A DNA stretch of 64,000 nt, taken from NCBI RefSeq assembly GCF_018350175.1, contig NC_058373.1, positions 116,934,001 through 116,998,000 of the forward strand. The letters are read 5' to 3'. The position numbers and the translations under genes are program-made. Source of the stretch: Felis catus (lineage: Eukaryota). Positions 10,201-22,635 of this stretch are shown piece after piece. Under the pieces are notes generated by a model that was given only the letters and a program-made list of their open reading frames with translations, ran no database searches and was not told where the DNA came from. How positions within the stretch are numbered: position 1 is the first letter of the stretch; each line of letters opens with the position of its first letter.

Positions 10201-12809
10201 TTAATCTATGGAGAAGTCTGAATGGAGGAGTTCATTATCATAAAAGATGAACACTCTTGGGATTTACGGCTTTCAGCCCACCTCTCTTCTTGGGGTTAGG
10301 AATTCCGTAAGTTTACCTGTTGTTTGATTGCTAGTTTCCTTAGTTATTATTTCAATCGTTCATTTGTTTCCGTTGTTTTCAGTACCTGCTATACCCCTAG
10401 AGTTTAAGTCGTACTACCAAACCAGCTCTTTCCGGCTTTAGGGAATGTTTCCTCGTTCCATCCTGGGAAGTGGTGATCAGATCGGAGTTGTTCTGCCCAC
10501 ACTTCCTTGTTTTGGATCCTGTGATCATGCTCACGTTCAGCTGGAAAGGTGAAGTCTTTAGAAATTTTAAGCCATCGAACATCCGTGCGATAATTTTGCA
10601 GAGAAGGGAAACATGTATGACCTCTGTTTAGAGTTTTCTGCGGCTGTGCAGTTATCTCAGGTATGAAAAGATGTAAGAGAACATCTCATTTTCAGGAATC
10701 TAAGACATTAAACCCTTAATCTTCAGGATGGTGACCATTTAACTTCTTTATGGATCTCAAGATCAGAGGGCTCAGAAAAAAGTTCCAACTTCCTTTTAAC
10801 TTCAGGCCCCTTGACGTAACTATCATTCTTCTTGATCCTGAGCCTTCTGAGTAAATAAGGCAGTGGCTATGTTCCAAGCATTTCTGAGGAATAGACTCCA
10901 TAAATGTTGGCAACTCAGTAAGTGAGCCATAGAAACTTAAGTGATCTAGGAACAAAAGTGTAATGGTTCCCGCAGGCTCTCAAGAGCAGCTTTCTCAAGC
11001 TTCTTTTATTCTTAGGGTTCTCTGGGGGGAAAGATGGGTGGTAAGCGGATTTATGGACCATACCTTGGGTGGATAATCAACCTTGACATTTCCAGAAGAA
11101 TCCATTAACATAGCAGTAGACACTGCCGTCATCCTGCCTCCGGTGTGTAGAATTCAAAACGGTTATTTTCTATGCCTTCGCAAAGGGGAGCATGTGTTTT
11201 TCAATACCCATTTCCTTACTGTAAAGAACCAGAAAAGTGACCGAGGTATTTTGCACGTGAAAGCGTGTGGATGTCTAGACTGGTTACCGTAGTGATTGGA
11301 GTGACAGTGACGAACCTGAGGGTTTTGCCCATACTTAGACTTGTTAGTTTTAACATCGGACCATAACTTATCCTCCTAATGTGACTTGCAAATGCCTAGC
11401 GTTGGTCATGAAAACGGATGGCGGCGTACAGATGGCTCAGTGCATATCCATCACCCCCAGTGGGGAAGCAATGCCAAGTGCCTGCTGACGGCTCATTCCA
11501 GGCGACAAATGGCTTCCTTTCCGGTTGTGTTGAAAGCTGAAGGTTTTTCTTATTGTAAAAAGATGCTATTTAAATTATTGTTTGCTTTTGCTCTGATGTG
11601 AGAAAGGGGAAAAAAAGTGTGGGTTGCAAAGACCCCTTTCCTGCTGAGATGAAACTGAGAAGGATGGGCTGCAAACTGAGAGGGCATCTGTGGTCTCTGT
11701 TTGCCTATAGATCCTGGGGCAGCAGGAAGACACCTTCATTCCATTATAGGGGCGACACAGATTCAGAAGGGAAGCACAAAAGCCTCCAAGGTCACGGGCT
11801 TTTTCTGAGAGGAAAGGAGCTAATGAAGGAAGCCACAAAGAGATGGCAAGGAAACCAAGAAGGAATGAGTCTGTCAAGAGCAATTTTCCATTGGCTTTTG
11901 TGATGCGCAAGACAATTAGGTGACATTCAAGGCTGTGTCCTTCAAGGGCAGTCGTAAACAAAGCTTTTTCCAGCATCTGCAGTAGGTTCACAGATTAACT
12001 GGGTCAATGCCTCATTTGCAACTCAGCTGGTGAATGATGCCCCTGCCCTTCAGACATCATGTGGCAGGTGGTTCCTCGGGCTCTGAGGAATTCACGAAGA
12101 TAATTGGTAAGTTGAAGAGCGATGTTCAGAGCATCGTTGGTACCAGCTGAGGCGGAACCTCTTGGGGGAAACAGCCCCAATGTGATCTCTACCCAAGTGT
12201 TGCTGTTCAGAGTTTGGTGTGTCCAGAGTTTCTCATTTTTCAGAAGTTGGAGATCTAGATTTAGATGAGAAATTTTCTGATTCACCAATATTAGCAACTA
12301 AGTTTAAAAAGTCTTAAAAATCACCGTGCAAGCCAAACATGCCCACACACTTCTCATTTGCAACCGCGAATTAAATCATAACCAGAATGCTGCCTTGAGA
12401 GCCAGTTTCAGGGCAAAGGAGTCAGTTGTTTGACCTCTTTGGTTAGTGTCTTTGCACCATAAAAGCCGATGCATCTGTTTCCATCCCGCAGGCACGCATC
12501 TGCCAGGAAGGGTTGAAGTCTCCTCTGGTCCAGATACACCGTGACCTTCGCCTCGACATCACGGGTTTCATTAAGACCACAGGTTTCATTAAGGTTGGTG
12601 GTCTTACATTATGGGGTTTGCCAGTTAAGGCTCCACCTTTCTCTACATCTTCTGGGACGGCATTCTCTGCCCCAGTTAGATTTTACCAACCCCCTGCTTT
12701 TACCTAAGGGTCCAGGAGCATTTTGTCCGTGTGGATATACATGCGTATCCATTAGGAATTGAATTTTCTTGTTTAATTTCCCAAAGGAAACAATGACGAT
12801 ATTAATGAC

Positions 12810-12880
12810 ATCCATTCATTTAGTAAGCGTTGACTGAATTCCTACACTGAACCAAGCACTGAGCTGGACACCAGGGCTGC
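12810..12880 (-). mobile_element. L2 3' end
   Basis: cattcatttagtaagcgttgactgaattcctacactgaaccaagcactgagct. Confidence 0.55.
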
Positions 12881-13297
12881 CCTACCCAAGAAGGGGGAAG
12901 TCAAGGCGTGTATATTCTCAGCACTACAAGCGCTTCTCATGGAAGGAACAAACTTCAGTCTATCAGGCTCTGTGGGGAGACATTTTATGTAATTGTCGTG
13001 TTTACTCTTCAGGCCAGTTCGACAAAACCAATGTTATAATTATTTCTATTTTTTATGGTTAAGAAAACTGTGGCTAATCAAGATCAAATTGAGGCAGGGA
13101 AATTGAAGAGATCCTATGGAAAACTGCTTTTTTTTTTGTTTTTGTTGTTCCTTTTCCTGTTTCTACTCTTGCTAGGACCTGCGCTCCCAACCTGCCTCAG
13201 GGCTTATGGTACAAATAATGTGTGCCCTCCTTGTAAAGGTCAAGAGTTTATGATTTCAAGAGTTAATGAGTTCTTTGGAGGCTTGCAACGCAATAGA

Positions 13298-13658
13298 TGA
13301 TAGCTAAGGAGTGATCACGTGGGGTGGTCACATAGGTTTTCCAAGACCCCTGACTCCAGGGGCATAAGTGACTCATGGAGGACACCTGAGCACTCATCCA
13401 TGTTTTGACTGATTCCTGGATGCCTGAGAGGACACGTACACCAGATCACAGTCCTCACTAGAAATCCTGGACCCCAAGCAAAGACGAGACTTAGTTCTTC
13501 TTTTCTTTCAGAATCTCCTGGATACTCTGTATGCACCTGCACTCTCCGTGTCTTCAATAAGCACTGATCTCACTTCCTCCTGCTCACGTTTGATTTCTAT
13601 CCAGTGTGAAGCCAAACACCCTCTTGGCTGGTCCTGTGGACCCAGCCAGCCTGCGTCA
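13298..13658 (+). mobile_element. Probable ERV1-class solo LTR
   Basis: TG...CA ends; AATAAG signal then U5-like ttctatccagtgtgaagccaaacaccctcttggc; TSD not resolved. Confidence 0.5.
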
Positions 13659-13879
13659 GAATGACCCCATCTCCACTCTCCAGAGAGGCACTATGGGTCC
13701 CCATCTACCAAACTCAGTGTCTAACTAGGTTCTCATGACTCAGCTCCTTCTCACACAATGATGTTTTAGGAGGCAACGTGGAAGGTAGCAGCTGTTTTTC
13801 CTTATGGAAATTCCACATATGTGTTTCAAGTCTTTCCAATTCAAGAGTTATCAGTAAGAACTGTTAAAAAGAGATTTCA

Positions 13880-14040
13880 TTTTCTGAGTGCTGACATGCT
13901 ACTAGGCCCCATGCTATGTACTTTACAAAGTTTCAATTATATCTTCACAAGCTATCGTATGAAGTAGGGATTATTGCCCCTTTTGACCAAAGAAGAAATT
14001 GGAGCTCAGAGAAGTCAGGAATTTGTCCAAGGTTACACAA
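13880..14040 (-). mobile_element. MIR
   Basis: attattgcccc...ggagctcagagaagtcaggaatttgtccaaggttacac. Confidence 0.7.
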
Positions 14041-14870
14041 AGGGCCACTGTACATCTCCAAGGGGATGTACAGCCCACAGATAGGTGGTACGCAATCTAA
14101 TCGGTTGCTCACAGAGTTCACACGTGGTGGTACTGAGAACTGACCCAGAGCAAATACAATGAGACCGGAACACAGGTGAAGGGACTCACAGAGGGGAAAG
14201 AGAATGCCAAGGAGGGATTTGAGAGAGACCCCCCCAAAGGAAGTGGGAAATGCCACCATCATATGGGAACAACCTTTCCAACATCCTAATTTTGCTTGTC
14301 AATCCTACCCTTTGGAAGAGCCGGCTCAGCTACACACTGGCCTTAAAGACAAGCGAACGGTTGCTTCACCTGTAAGACAGAACCTTGTTAAACTGTTGGT
14401 CTTGTTCAATGTCTTTGATCTGACTGATGTGAGAACAGAATTGACTTCTGTGACCTGGTATTTCCACATTGTGTAGACAATGTGGCATAAACGGCCGACT
14501 CTAAGATCCAAAATGTTTAGATCAAGATATGATGAAAAAGAGTCAGAATGTTTTGGAGACCATGGGGCTTTCCATTTTTATGGTTTGTCCTATTGTCCTA
14601 CCTGGGTTTGAAAAAGGAATCATTTTCCTAAGGTTTAAAAATAAACAGGTAAATGGAATGGTATCAGAAGCCATAGATGAAGAGTCCCTGGAGAACAGCC
14701 TAGCAGGATGTTATCAAGGTGTGGCAGCCTTCCCGAGCATCAGGAAAACTCCACAATATGTCAAAGTGGCTTGCACATGGAATGAATAGTCTTAGAATTC
14801 TAGAATATTAGATCTGGAAGGGAGTTTAGAAACCGGGTAGGCCATCTTCCTTATTGCTTTTCTGAAAAAA

Positions 14871-15080
14871 ATTTTCTTAAGGTTTATTTATTTTTGAGAC
14901 AGAGAGAGACAGAGCATGAATGGGGGAGGGTCAGAGAGAGAGGGAGACACAGAACCGGAAGCAGGCTCCAGGCTCTGAGCCGTCAGCCCAGAGCCCGACG
15001 CGGGGCTCGAACTCACAGACCACCGATCATGACCTGAGCTGAAGTCAGACGCTTAACTGACTGAGCCACCCAGGCGCCCC
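14871..15080 (-). mobile_element. Can-SINE inside a MIR relic (about 14790-15200)
   Basis: tttatttatttttgagacagagagagacagagc...gagccacccaggcgcccc. Confidence 0.95.
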
Positions 15081-15531
15081 TTCCTCATTTCTTAAATGAC
15101 GACCAAGTTTAACGACAAGAGAGACAGAGCGACTTACCCAAGGTCACACAGCCAATGATGAAGAAACGTTAGGGTTAGATCTTCCTGAAGGTCTTCCACT
15201 GTGCCAGAGCAATGTTTCTGTTGTCCTTGAGGGCTATTTGGGGCTATTTGGGGGCGGGGAGCGGGGGGATGGGGGTACAATAGTTGATTTATTAATGTCA
15301 CAAATTCAAAAACATAGTTTTTCTCTAAACTTTTACAATTTATGTCTTATATTTTTATTAAACAGCCTTATTTAATCCAGTTAATCAAATTCTCTTAAAA
15401 TCTCTTAAACCGTGTTTATAAAGGTCATACGTTCCACTTTCATTTTTAAAGGTTATAAATGTCTGAACTAATAAACAATTTTCCCAAGTACTTAACTCTA
15501 ACAAATCTCATAAACCTAGTAGAATTATTAG

Positions 15532-15637
15532 CGAGCTGTCAGCATGGAGCCTGATATGGGGCTCGAACTCACGAACCGTGAGATCACAACCTGAGCCAAA
15601 GTCGGATGCTTCACTGACTGAGGCACCCAGGGGCCCC
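15532..15637 (-). mobile_element. Can-SINE 5' half only
   Basis: tRNA-like head present; CT tract and tail absent. Confidence 0.85.
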
Positions 15638-16374
15638 AGACATTTTAAACATCTTACGCATCCAGTACATACAGACCGTCCCACTGTCCATAAAATCTGT
15701 TCTTAAAATTAATAAGAAAGCATCAATTCTACAGAGTTGGCTCTTCCTCGGAGGAAAAAGCGGCCATTAGTCCACCCCAAGGTTGAGGCTGTCATCTCAA
15801 GAACTGAAGTTGCTCACAGAGGACCATGAAGAACATGGCCGTGATGTCCAGTCGCGAGCTTCAGCCCTTAGGGGAGTCATCCCAGGATGCGCACTACATC
15901 TTGAACCCTCTTAAAAGTGTTACTAATAGCATGTCTTACAGCCCAGTTCCTCTGGTTTAAAAGGATATATAAGTCTTTTGACTTAAATCTCCACTCCCTT
16001 CTCACTCCTTGGATTCTGCTAATCTATTTCCTGCCTGGTTATAGTCTGAAGATTTCCCCTTGTACCTGTTGCCCAGGCCACAACTCTTACAGATATCTAA
16101 GTGACATCTCACTTTGTTTGGATATCTCAGAGCTCTGTCCAGTTCTGTGGTCACATGATCCAATGATACCCCGGAGTTCTTTCTAGCACGCAGCTTTCTC
16201 TGTTGACATGATGGTCTCTGGGCAGTGCCTGGCAACTGCAGCCTTCTCCTCCCTCTTTCCCGGGAAAAATATCCCCCAAATGCTGATTGCGTTCTAGATC
16301 TCTGAGACAGGGCCCAATTCTCCCTAGGGGGATAGTTCCCCAGTTGCATACAGCAGCCTTATTATGGCAGTTTT

Positions 16375-16380
16375 TCTTTT

Positions 16381-16432
<52 letters not shown>

Positions 16433-16436
16433 TTTT
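16375..16436. repeat. (TTTC)n microsatellite
   Basis: Direct reading. Confidence 0.95.
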
Positions 16437-16477
16437 ACAGCAGTGTTCTTACATGGGAGAAATTTCAATAAAAAGAT

Positions 16478-16691
16478 TTTTTTTTAATTTTTTAAATTTA
16501 TTTTTGAGACAGAGAGAGACAGAGCATGAGCAGGGGAGGGGCAGCGAGAGAGGGAGACACAGAATCTGAAGCAGGCTCCAGGCTCTGAGCTGTCAGCACA
16601 GAGCCCGACGCGGGGCTCGAACTCACGGACCGCCAGATCATGACCTGAGCTGAAGTCGGACGCTTAACCGACTGAGCCACCCAGGCGCCCC
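16478..16691 (-). mobile_element. Can-SINE
   Basis: Full length; TSD ttca(a/g)taaaaagatttt. Confidence 0.96.
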
Positions 16692-16781
16692 TTCAGTAAA
16701 AAGATTTTTAAGGTAACGAAATTTCTGGTGTCTCTTAACACTTCATATGAATATAAAAGTTGGAGGGTATGTTTGGGTGTT

Positions 16782-16836
16782 AATAAAATAAAATAAAATA
16801 AAATAAAATAAAATAAAACAAAACAAAATAAAATAA
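16782..16836. repeat. (AAAAT)n microsatellite
   Basis: Direct reading. Confidence 0.9.
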
Positions 16837-17389
16837 GTTATGTGCTGCGCCCAAATTTTACTTAGAAGAGTCCTGGGAGCTCCGAAGTGATTGCAAATTA
16901 CACTTCAGAGAAATAGAAACTCAGATACAATAGCAAGTCCAAATGGCTTTTGCTCGGGAGTCATCTATTCCATGTATTAAGAGGCTGTAAACAGAGAAAA
17001 CAAAGACGGTTTCAAATAAGAATCCCTGATCAAAACTCACCTTGAATTACAGGTGTCGATTTGCAATTGAGTTGTTTCTCTCATGAGCATATTCCTGGTA
17101 CAGGGCAGCTGGGGATGAATGCTGAAACAAGGCTCGGAGATGGTGCGTTCATATATACGTGTACTCCTTCACGTGACAAAATGAAACAGAAGTTCCTTTA
17201 GCTACTTTGTTTGTTTACAAAAATACTCAGCGGAACTTGACAAAATTTCTGAGCGTGTGCAGCAGACGTTGTAAAGTTGTGCTACTTTGGTAAAACCCAG
17301 CCTGTAGATGGGGTTAATTTAGTCCATCAGTATTGGCCCATATGGTGTTTAAAAAACAAAAACAAAAACAAAAAACCAACGTTAAAAAA

Positions 17390-17599
17390 TTTTTTTAATG
17401 TTTATTCAATTCTGAGAGAGAGAGAGACAGAGTGTGAGCGGGGGAGGGGCAGACGGAGAGGGAGACACAGAATCTGAAGCAGGCTCCAGGCTCTGAGCTG
17501 TCAGGACAGAGCCCCACTCCGGCCTCCAGCTGACAAATCATGAGATCATGACCTGAGCCGAAGTTGGACGCGTAACCCACTGAGCCACCCAGGTGCCCC
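17390..17599 (-). mobile_element. Can-SINE
   Basis: Full-length antisense copy. Confidence 0.94.
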
Positions 17600-17813
17600 A
17601 AAAGAACCAGCATTTAAGAGTAGGAGGGTAGCACATAAATGTCTGAATTTCTCAACAATACGAATACTTGTCTATACAATCAGTGTTCCCACATGGTGAC
17701 AATGCTGTCCCCACTAGATGGGGCTTGTACTCTCCAGACCTTCGCAGTCCCTATTGTTCCTCAATTCTACCCGACATTGTGGATTGCTATTCATCCTCAC
17801 TTTCGCTCTGTTC

Positions 17814-18030
17814 TTTTTTTTTTTTTTTTTTAATTTTAAATAGTTTATTATTTTTGAAAGAAAGAGAGCATGAGCGGGGGCAGAGAGAGAGGGAGACACA
17901 GAATCCCACGCAGGCTCCAGGCTCTGAGCTGTCCGCCCAGAGCCCGACATGGGGCTCGAACCCACAAGATGTGAGATCATGACCTGAGCTGAAGTTGGAA
18001 CCTTAACCGACTGAGCCACCCAGGCACCCC
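17814..18030 (-). mobile_element. Can-SINE
   Basis: Full-length antisense copy with poly(T). Confidence 0.94.
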
Positions 18031-18344
18031 TTTTTCTTATAGTAGCATGACAAAGCAGCAGCAGAGTTCTATCAAAATTGAAAAGTAAAAGACAAGGGAG
18101 TTGTGTGTTTCAAGATACAAAAGAGAGTATATTTCTATGCAGAAACAAAGACTACTCCTATGTTTCTACCATGCAAAGTTGTGCATTGACTTGGGGTTCT
18201 TGTTGGCGCGTGAGTATGCACCCGCCTGTGCTTGGGACTGGATCCTTACATTTGGTGCTCTGACAATAATGGGTGTCAACGTGCTGTAACCTAGTGAACC
18301 CACTCATAGCATGGAAGGTGGGTGAACCTCACAAACTTTCGTTT

Positions 18345-18721
18345 TTTATAATTTTTAAAATTGTATTGTTATTTTTTATATGTATAATTTATTGTCAAGT
18401 TAGCTAATATACAGTGTGCTCTTGGTTTCGGGGGTAGATTCCCATGATTCATCGCTTACATACAACACCCAGGGCTCATCCCAACAGGTGCCCTCCTCGG
18501 TGCCCATCACCCATTTTCCCCTCTCTCAACCCTCAGTTTTTTCTCTGTATTTAAGCGTCTCTCATGGTTTGCCTCCCTCCCTCTCTGTTTGAAACTGTTT
18601 TTTCCCCCTTCCCTTCCCCCATGGTCTTCTGTTAAGCTTCTCAAGTTCCACATATGAGTGAAAACATATGATATCTGTCTTTCTCTGACTGACTTATTTC
18701 ACTTAGCATAATAGCCTCCAC
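18345..18721 (-). mobile_element. Young 5'-truncated felid/carnivore L1 3' end
   Basis: L1 3'UTR flanked by a perfect 21-bp TSD gaacctcacaaactttcgttt (18324-18344, 18722-18742). Confidence 0.94.
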
Positions 18722-19921
18722 GAACCTCACAAACTTTCGTTTCTACTTCTCATGCTCCCTAAAATCTGAGATAAGTGAACGCTCTTTTCTCATGCAATTT
18801 TCAATCCAATTGTACTAACCCCACTTTACACAAACATAATTGTCTTCACTGGTACCTTTGCTTTTCCAATCTCCCTTGAAATAATTGGGTTATTGCATTA
18901 GAAGTGTTCTTGGCGATAGAAGCTAATAGAGATATGTAACACAGAAGACTCAACACTCCCTTAGGAAATTATGGTGGAATAGAGTTGAAAAGGGAAGATA
19001 TTAAAACCAGGACAACGTTGAATGAGATTGAAAAGGAAACACTGTAATTGAGAGGAGGAAAGAGAAGTTGGTAGGATTTCTTGATTTTAAAATTCATTCT
19101 ACTAAAAGGATATTGGTGGTTTAGAATAGGCCATGTTCTTAGCTTTGATTAAAAAGTTGGAAGAAGAAATAAATATTTCAGCATCTTGGATGGGCAGAAA
19201 TAGGGTTGTGGATCACTCATTTCAAAGGGGAAAGAAAAGAAAATGTTTTCTTGCAGTGGTGGAAATCGTGCCGAAGAAGAGGCATATTTTTTCAGATGAT
19301 GAGCCTGATCTACTTAAATTCAAGGTCTGGAGAAGCATGGAAATATCAAAGTGCTGGGAAGTCATTATGATCATGTCCTCTCTCATATATGAAACTTATT
19401 TATGGATAACTATTGCCAACGCAATGAACAAAAAGGATTGACTGCTAAGGTACAGCCCCAAACAACCTTTCTGGAGCTCCTACCCCCAGGTCCTGGCTCA
19501 CATCTGCTCTGTATAGCTCTTTTACCTGACTCTCCCGAGACCTAAGTCAGGTTCCAGGTTGTCTTGGTCACTTACAAATAAGAAAAAAAAAATCTTCTGG
19601 TCACCTCAAGTCACAAAATCAGTCTCATCTCAGTAATTAGGATATTTGGTTCCATGAAACCATCAAAACTCCAACTATGTTTAGAGTTACAGTTTCTTTC
19701 CTCCTCAAACTCAGCTCTGCCTTAGGAAAAAGGGGCCTGATGGATTCTCCAAGGCCCCTTTCTACAATCTCCCAATGTAGCACTTATGCCAATGCTCCCC
19801 ACCCTCCTTCCTCAGTTTGCTAACCAGCAACTCTGATAATTCCAGGGCGAAGCAGGGAAGAGGGAAGAGAGGTAAGGTGTTAGGAGAGGTCTTGCCTGAC
19901 AGGTATGGACATGGCTGGCAT

Positions 19922-20563
19922 TAGGGCTGGGATTAGGACATAAAATTTAAGGGCCCTTCCAAATTAATAATAAATATAAATACTATTTAATGGAAAATTC
20001 TAAAGAACTAATGCAAAAATCTCTGATGAATAAAATGTCAAGTTTTAAAATAAAGACAGGATGGGTTTAAATCAATTACAAAATTATTTCAAACGGTCAC
20101 TTAGACAAGAGAAATTGTCAAACATAGCACTTCTCTCAGTTGAAAATGACATAAGCAAAGAAATTGATTTTGAAAATATTATCGGTAACTGTATGTCCAC
20201 AAAAGCCAGGAGATTAAAATGACAGTAAATCTGTTCGGGATATAAATAAAATATTAAAATGTAAAGTAATGTGGCTTCAATACACTTCAATTTTTCAACA
20301 TTTTTGCAACTATGCTAATGTTCTGGAAAAAAACCCTTACCATTAAAAAGGCACATTAAAAATGTATACAGAGGATATACATCTTTCCTTTATTTACAAA
20401 AAAATTTTTTTTGTGCATCATGGATGTTTTAACCTTGATCTTGGGTTTTAGAAATGTTGTATCAACATATTATTCATCTTGATTACTGAGTTTTTGGTGG
20501 CCCCTCAAAATTTGTGCCCACCCGAAGATCCTCCTCGGTCCCCTTACTCTAATCCCAGCCCTG
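19922..20563 (+). mobile_element. hAT (Tip100-group, MER96B-like) DNA transposon with transposase C-terminal remnant
   Basis: TIRs (t)agggctgggattag / ctaatcccagccctg; 8-bp TSD gctggcat/gctgacac; MER96-type subterminal tcttgattactgagtttttgg. Confidence 0.85.
20061..20222 (+). pseudogene. hAT transposase C-terminal dimerisation-domain remnant (53-aa ATG-to-stop ORF)
   Basis: Hand translation MGLNQLQNYFKRSLRQEKLSNIALLSVENDISKEIDFENIIGNCMSTKARRLK* resembles the hAT motif KNYLRSTMxQERLSNLAILSIE...IDF..II..FA..KAR. Confidence 0.75.
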
Positions 20564-21164
20564 GCTGACACTGGGTTTGAGGGTAGGCTCAACAGGTGTT
20601 TAAAGATGACTTTTCATGGGTGGCCCCTTTGCTGCAGGTGCACCTACTCTGTCTGTATACACTCATGATTTCTCCCTTAGTCTTTGGACACCCCACAGGA
20701 CACTTCTACCCCTCTATGTAGCTCTTTGGCAGGGTCACTAAACACACTTGAGCGACTGTCAGGTGCCCATACCTCTCCCAGAAAGCAGGTGCCTTAGACC
20801 CACTGTTGGTGGAGAACAGTTATAGCCCAGCCACAGCCCTTCCTCGATGCCACCAGCTCCTGCCTTTAAGGAACCTCTTCCAGGCGTACGTCACTGTATG
20901 CCCCGGGGATTCACATCAAATTTCTAAAGTGGTCCCTCTCACCAATCTTGAAGTGAAGGAAAGGCAGCCCTACTTTACCTCCCTAAGGGAAATCCCTGTT
21001 ACCGTCTTCTGTCTCTAACAACTGTCTCTATCTCTACAAATTCTTAGACTGGAAGGCAGTTGTCCCGTAAGGATTGCAAAACTTTTTTTTTTTTTTTTAA
21101 ATAACAGCATTATTTAAATATAATCTGCATACGGTACACTTTGCTCATTTGAAGTATAAACTAT

Positions 21165-21362
21165 GGGACGCCTGGGTGGCTCAGTCGGTTAAGTGTCCTA
21201 CTTCGGCTCAGGTCATGATCTCACAGCTCATGAGTTCGAGCCCCACTTCGGGCTCTGTGCTGACAGCTCAGAACCTGGAGGCAGCTTCAGATTCTGTGTC
21301 TCTGGCTCTCTCTACCCCTTCCCTGCTTGTTTTCTGTTTCTATCTCTCTCAAAAATAAATAA
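21165..21362 (+). mobile_element. Can-SINE
   Basis: Head, CT tract and AATAAA; TSD tgaagtataaa. Confidence 0.93.
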
Positions 21363-22635
21363 GCATTACATTTTGTGAAGTATAAAATTCATTAATTTTT
21401 AGTGTATTCATAGAGCTGTGTAACCATCACCACAATCAGTTTTAGGACATTTTGATCAGTCCCAAAGATATCCCATACCCATTAGCAGTCATTCCCCATA
21501 CCTCTTAACCCTAGATCAGCACTAATTTACTTTCTGTCCTTATGGATTTGCCTATTTTGAACACTTCATATAAATGGAATCATCTAATGTGAGGTCTTTT
21601 GTGATGGGGTTTCTATAATTAACATAATGTGTTCATCTCTGTTGTAGTATGAATCAGTACTCCATTCCTTTTTATTGCCACATAACATTCCATTGTATAG
21701 AGAGGGATCTTTTCACATTCTTTGCCCATATTATTTATTCCTTTACAACTGTGTTGTAAGAGGTCTTTCTATATTCTGGGTAAAATCCTTTATCAGATAC
21801 ATAATTTGCAAAAAAAAAATTCTCCCATTCTGTGTGTTGTTTTTTCATTTCTTGATTGTGTCCTTTGATGCAAAGAAGTTTTAAATTTGGATGATGTCCA
21901 GCATATTTATTTTTTTCCTTTTGTTACTTGTGCCTTTGGTGTCATATCTAAGAAGTCATTGCCTAATAAAAGGTCATGAAGATCTATATCTATGTTTTCT
22001 TCTAAGAATTTTAGTTTTAGCTATCTGAATGAGGTCTATGTTGAATTTGGAGTTAATTTTTGTATATGGTGTGAGGTAGGGGTCCAAATTATTAACTTTG
22101 TATGTGGATATCTAGTTGTCCCAGTAACATTTATTGAAAGGATTGTTCTTTACTCATTGAATTATCTTGGTACCCTTGGTCAAAATCAATTGATTGTGAA
22201 TGTAATGGTATATTTTTCAATTATGTTCTGTTGACTTCTATGTCTATTTTATGTCAGTACTTGACTGTCTTGCTTACTGTAGCGTCATAGTAAAATTTCC
22301 AAATTAGGAAACTTCCATAGTTATTCTTCTTTTTCAAGATTGTCTTGTCTATTCTGGGTGTCTCAAGTTTCCACACAAATTTTAGGATCAGCTTGCCAAT
22401 TTATGCAAAAAAAAAAAAAAAAGCCAGCTGGGATTTTGATAAGGATTGCACTGAATTTGTAGATCAATTTGGGAAGCACTGTCATCTGAACAATATTAAG
22501 TCTTATGATCCTTGAACATGGGAAGTCTTCCCATTTATTTAGGTCTTCTTTGAATTTCTTTCAATAATATTTTGTTGTTTTAAGAGTATAAATTTTGCAG
22601 CCTTTTTGTGAAATTTATTCCTAGGTATTTTATTC

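Noticed and set aside
14310..14370. Possible minus-strand exon (ttctgtcttacag acceptor)
   Set aside because: Stops in all frames and a weak donor
16498..16680. Recurrent MAQSVKRPTSAQVMI and RERGRHRI ORFs across the window
   Set aside because: Can-SINE translations, not a gene family
17711..17724. CTCF-like CCACTAGATGGGGC
   Set aside because: Single imperfect motif with a mismatch at a core position; unsupported without ChIP data
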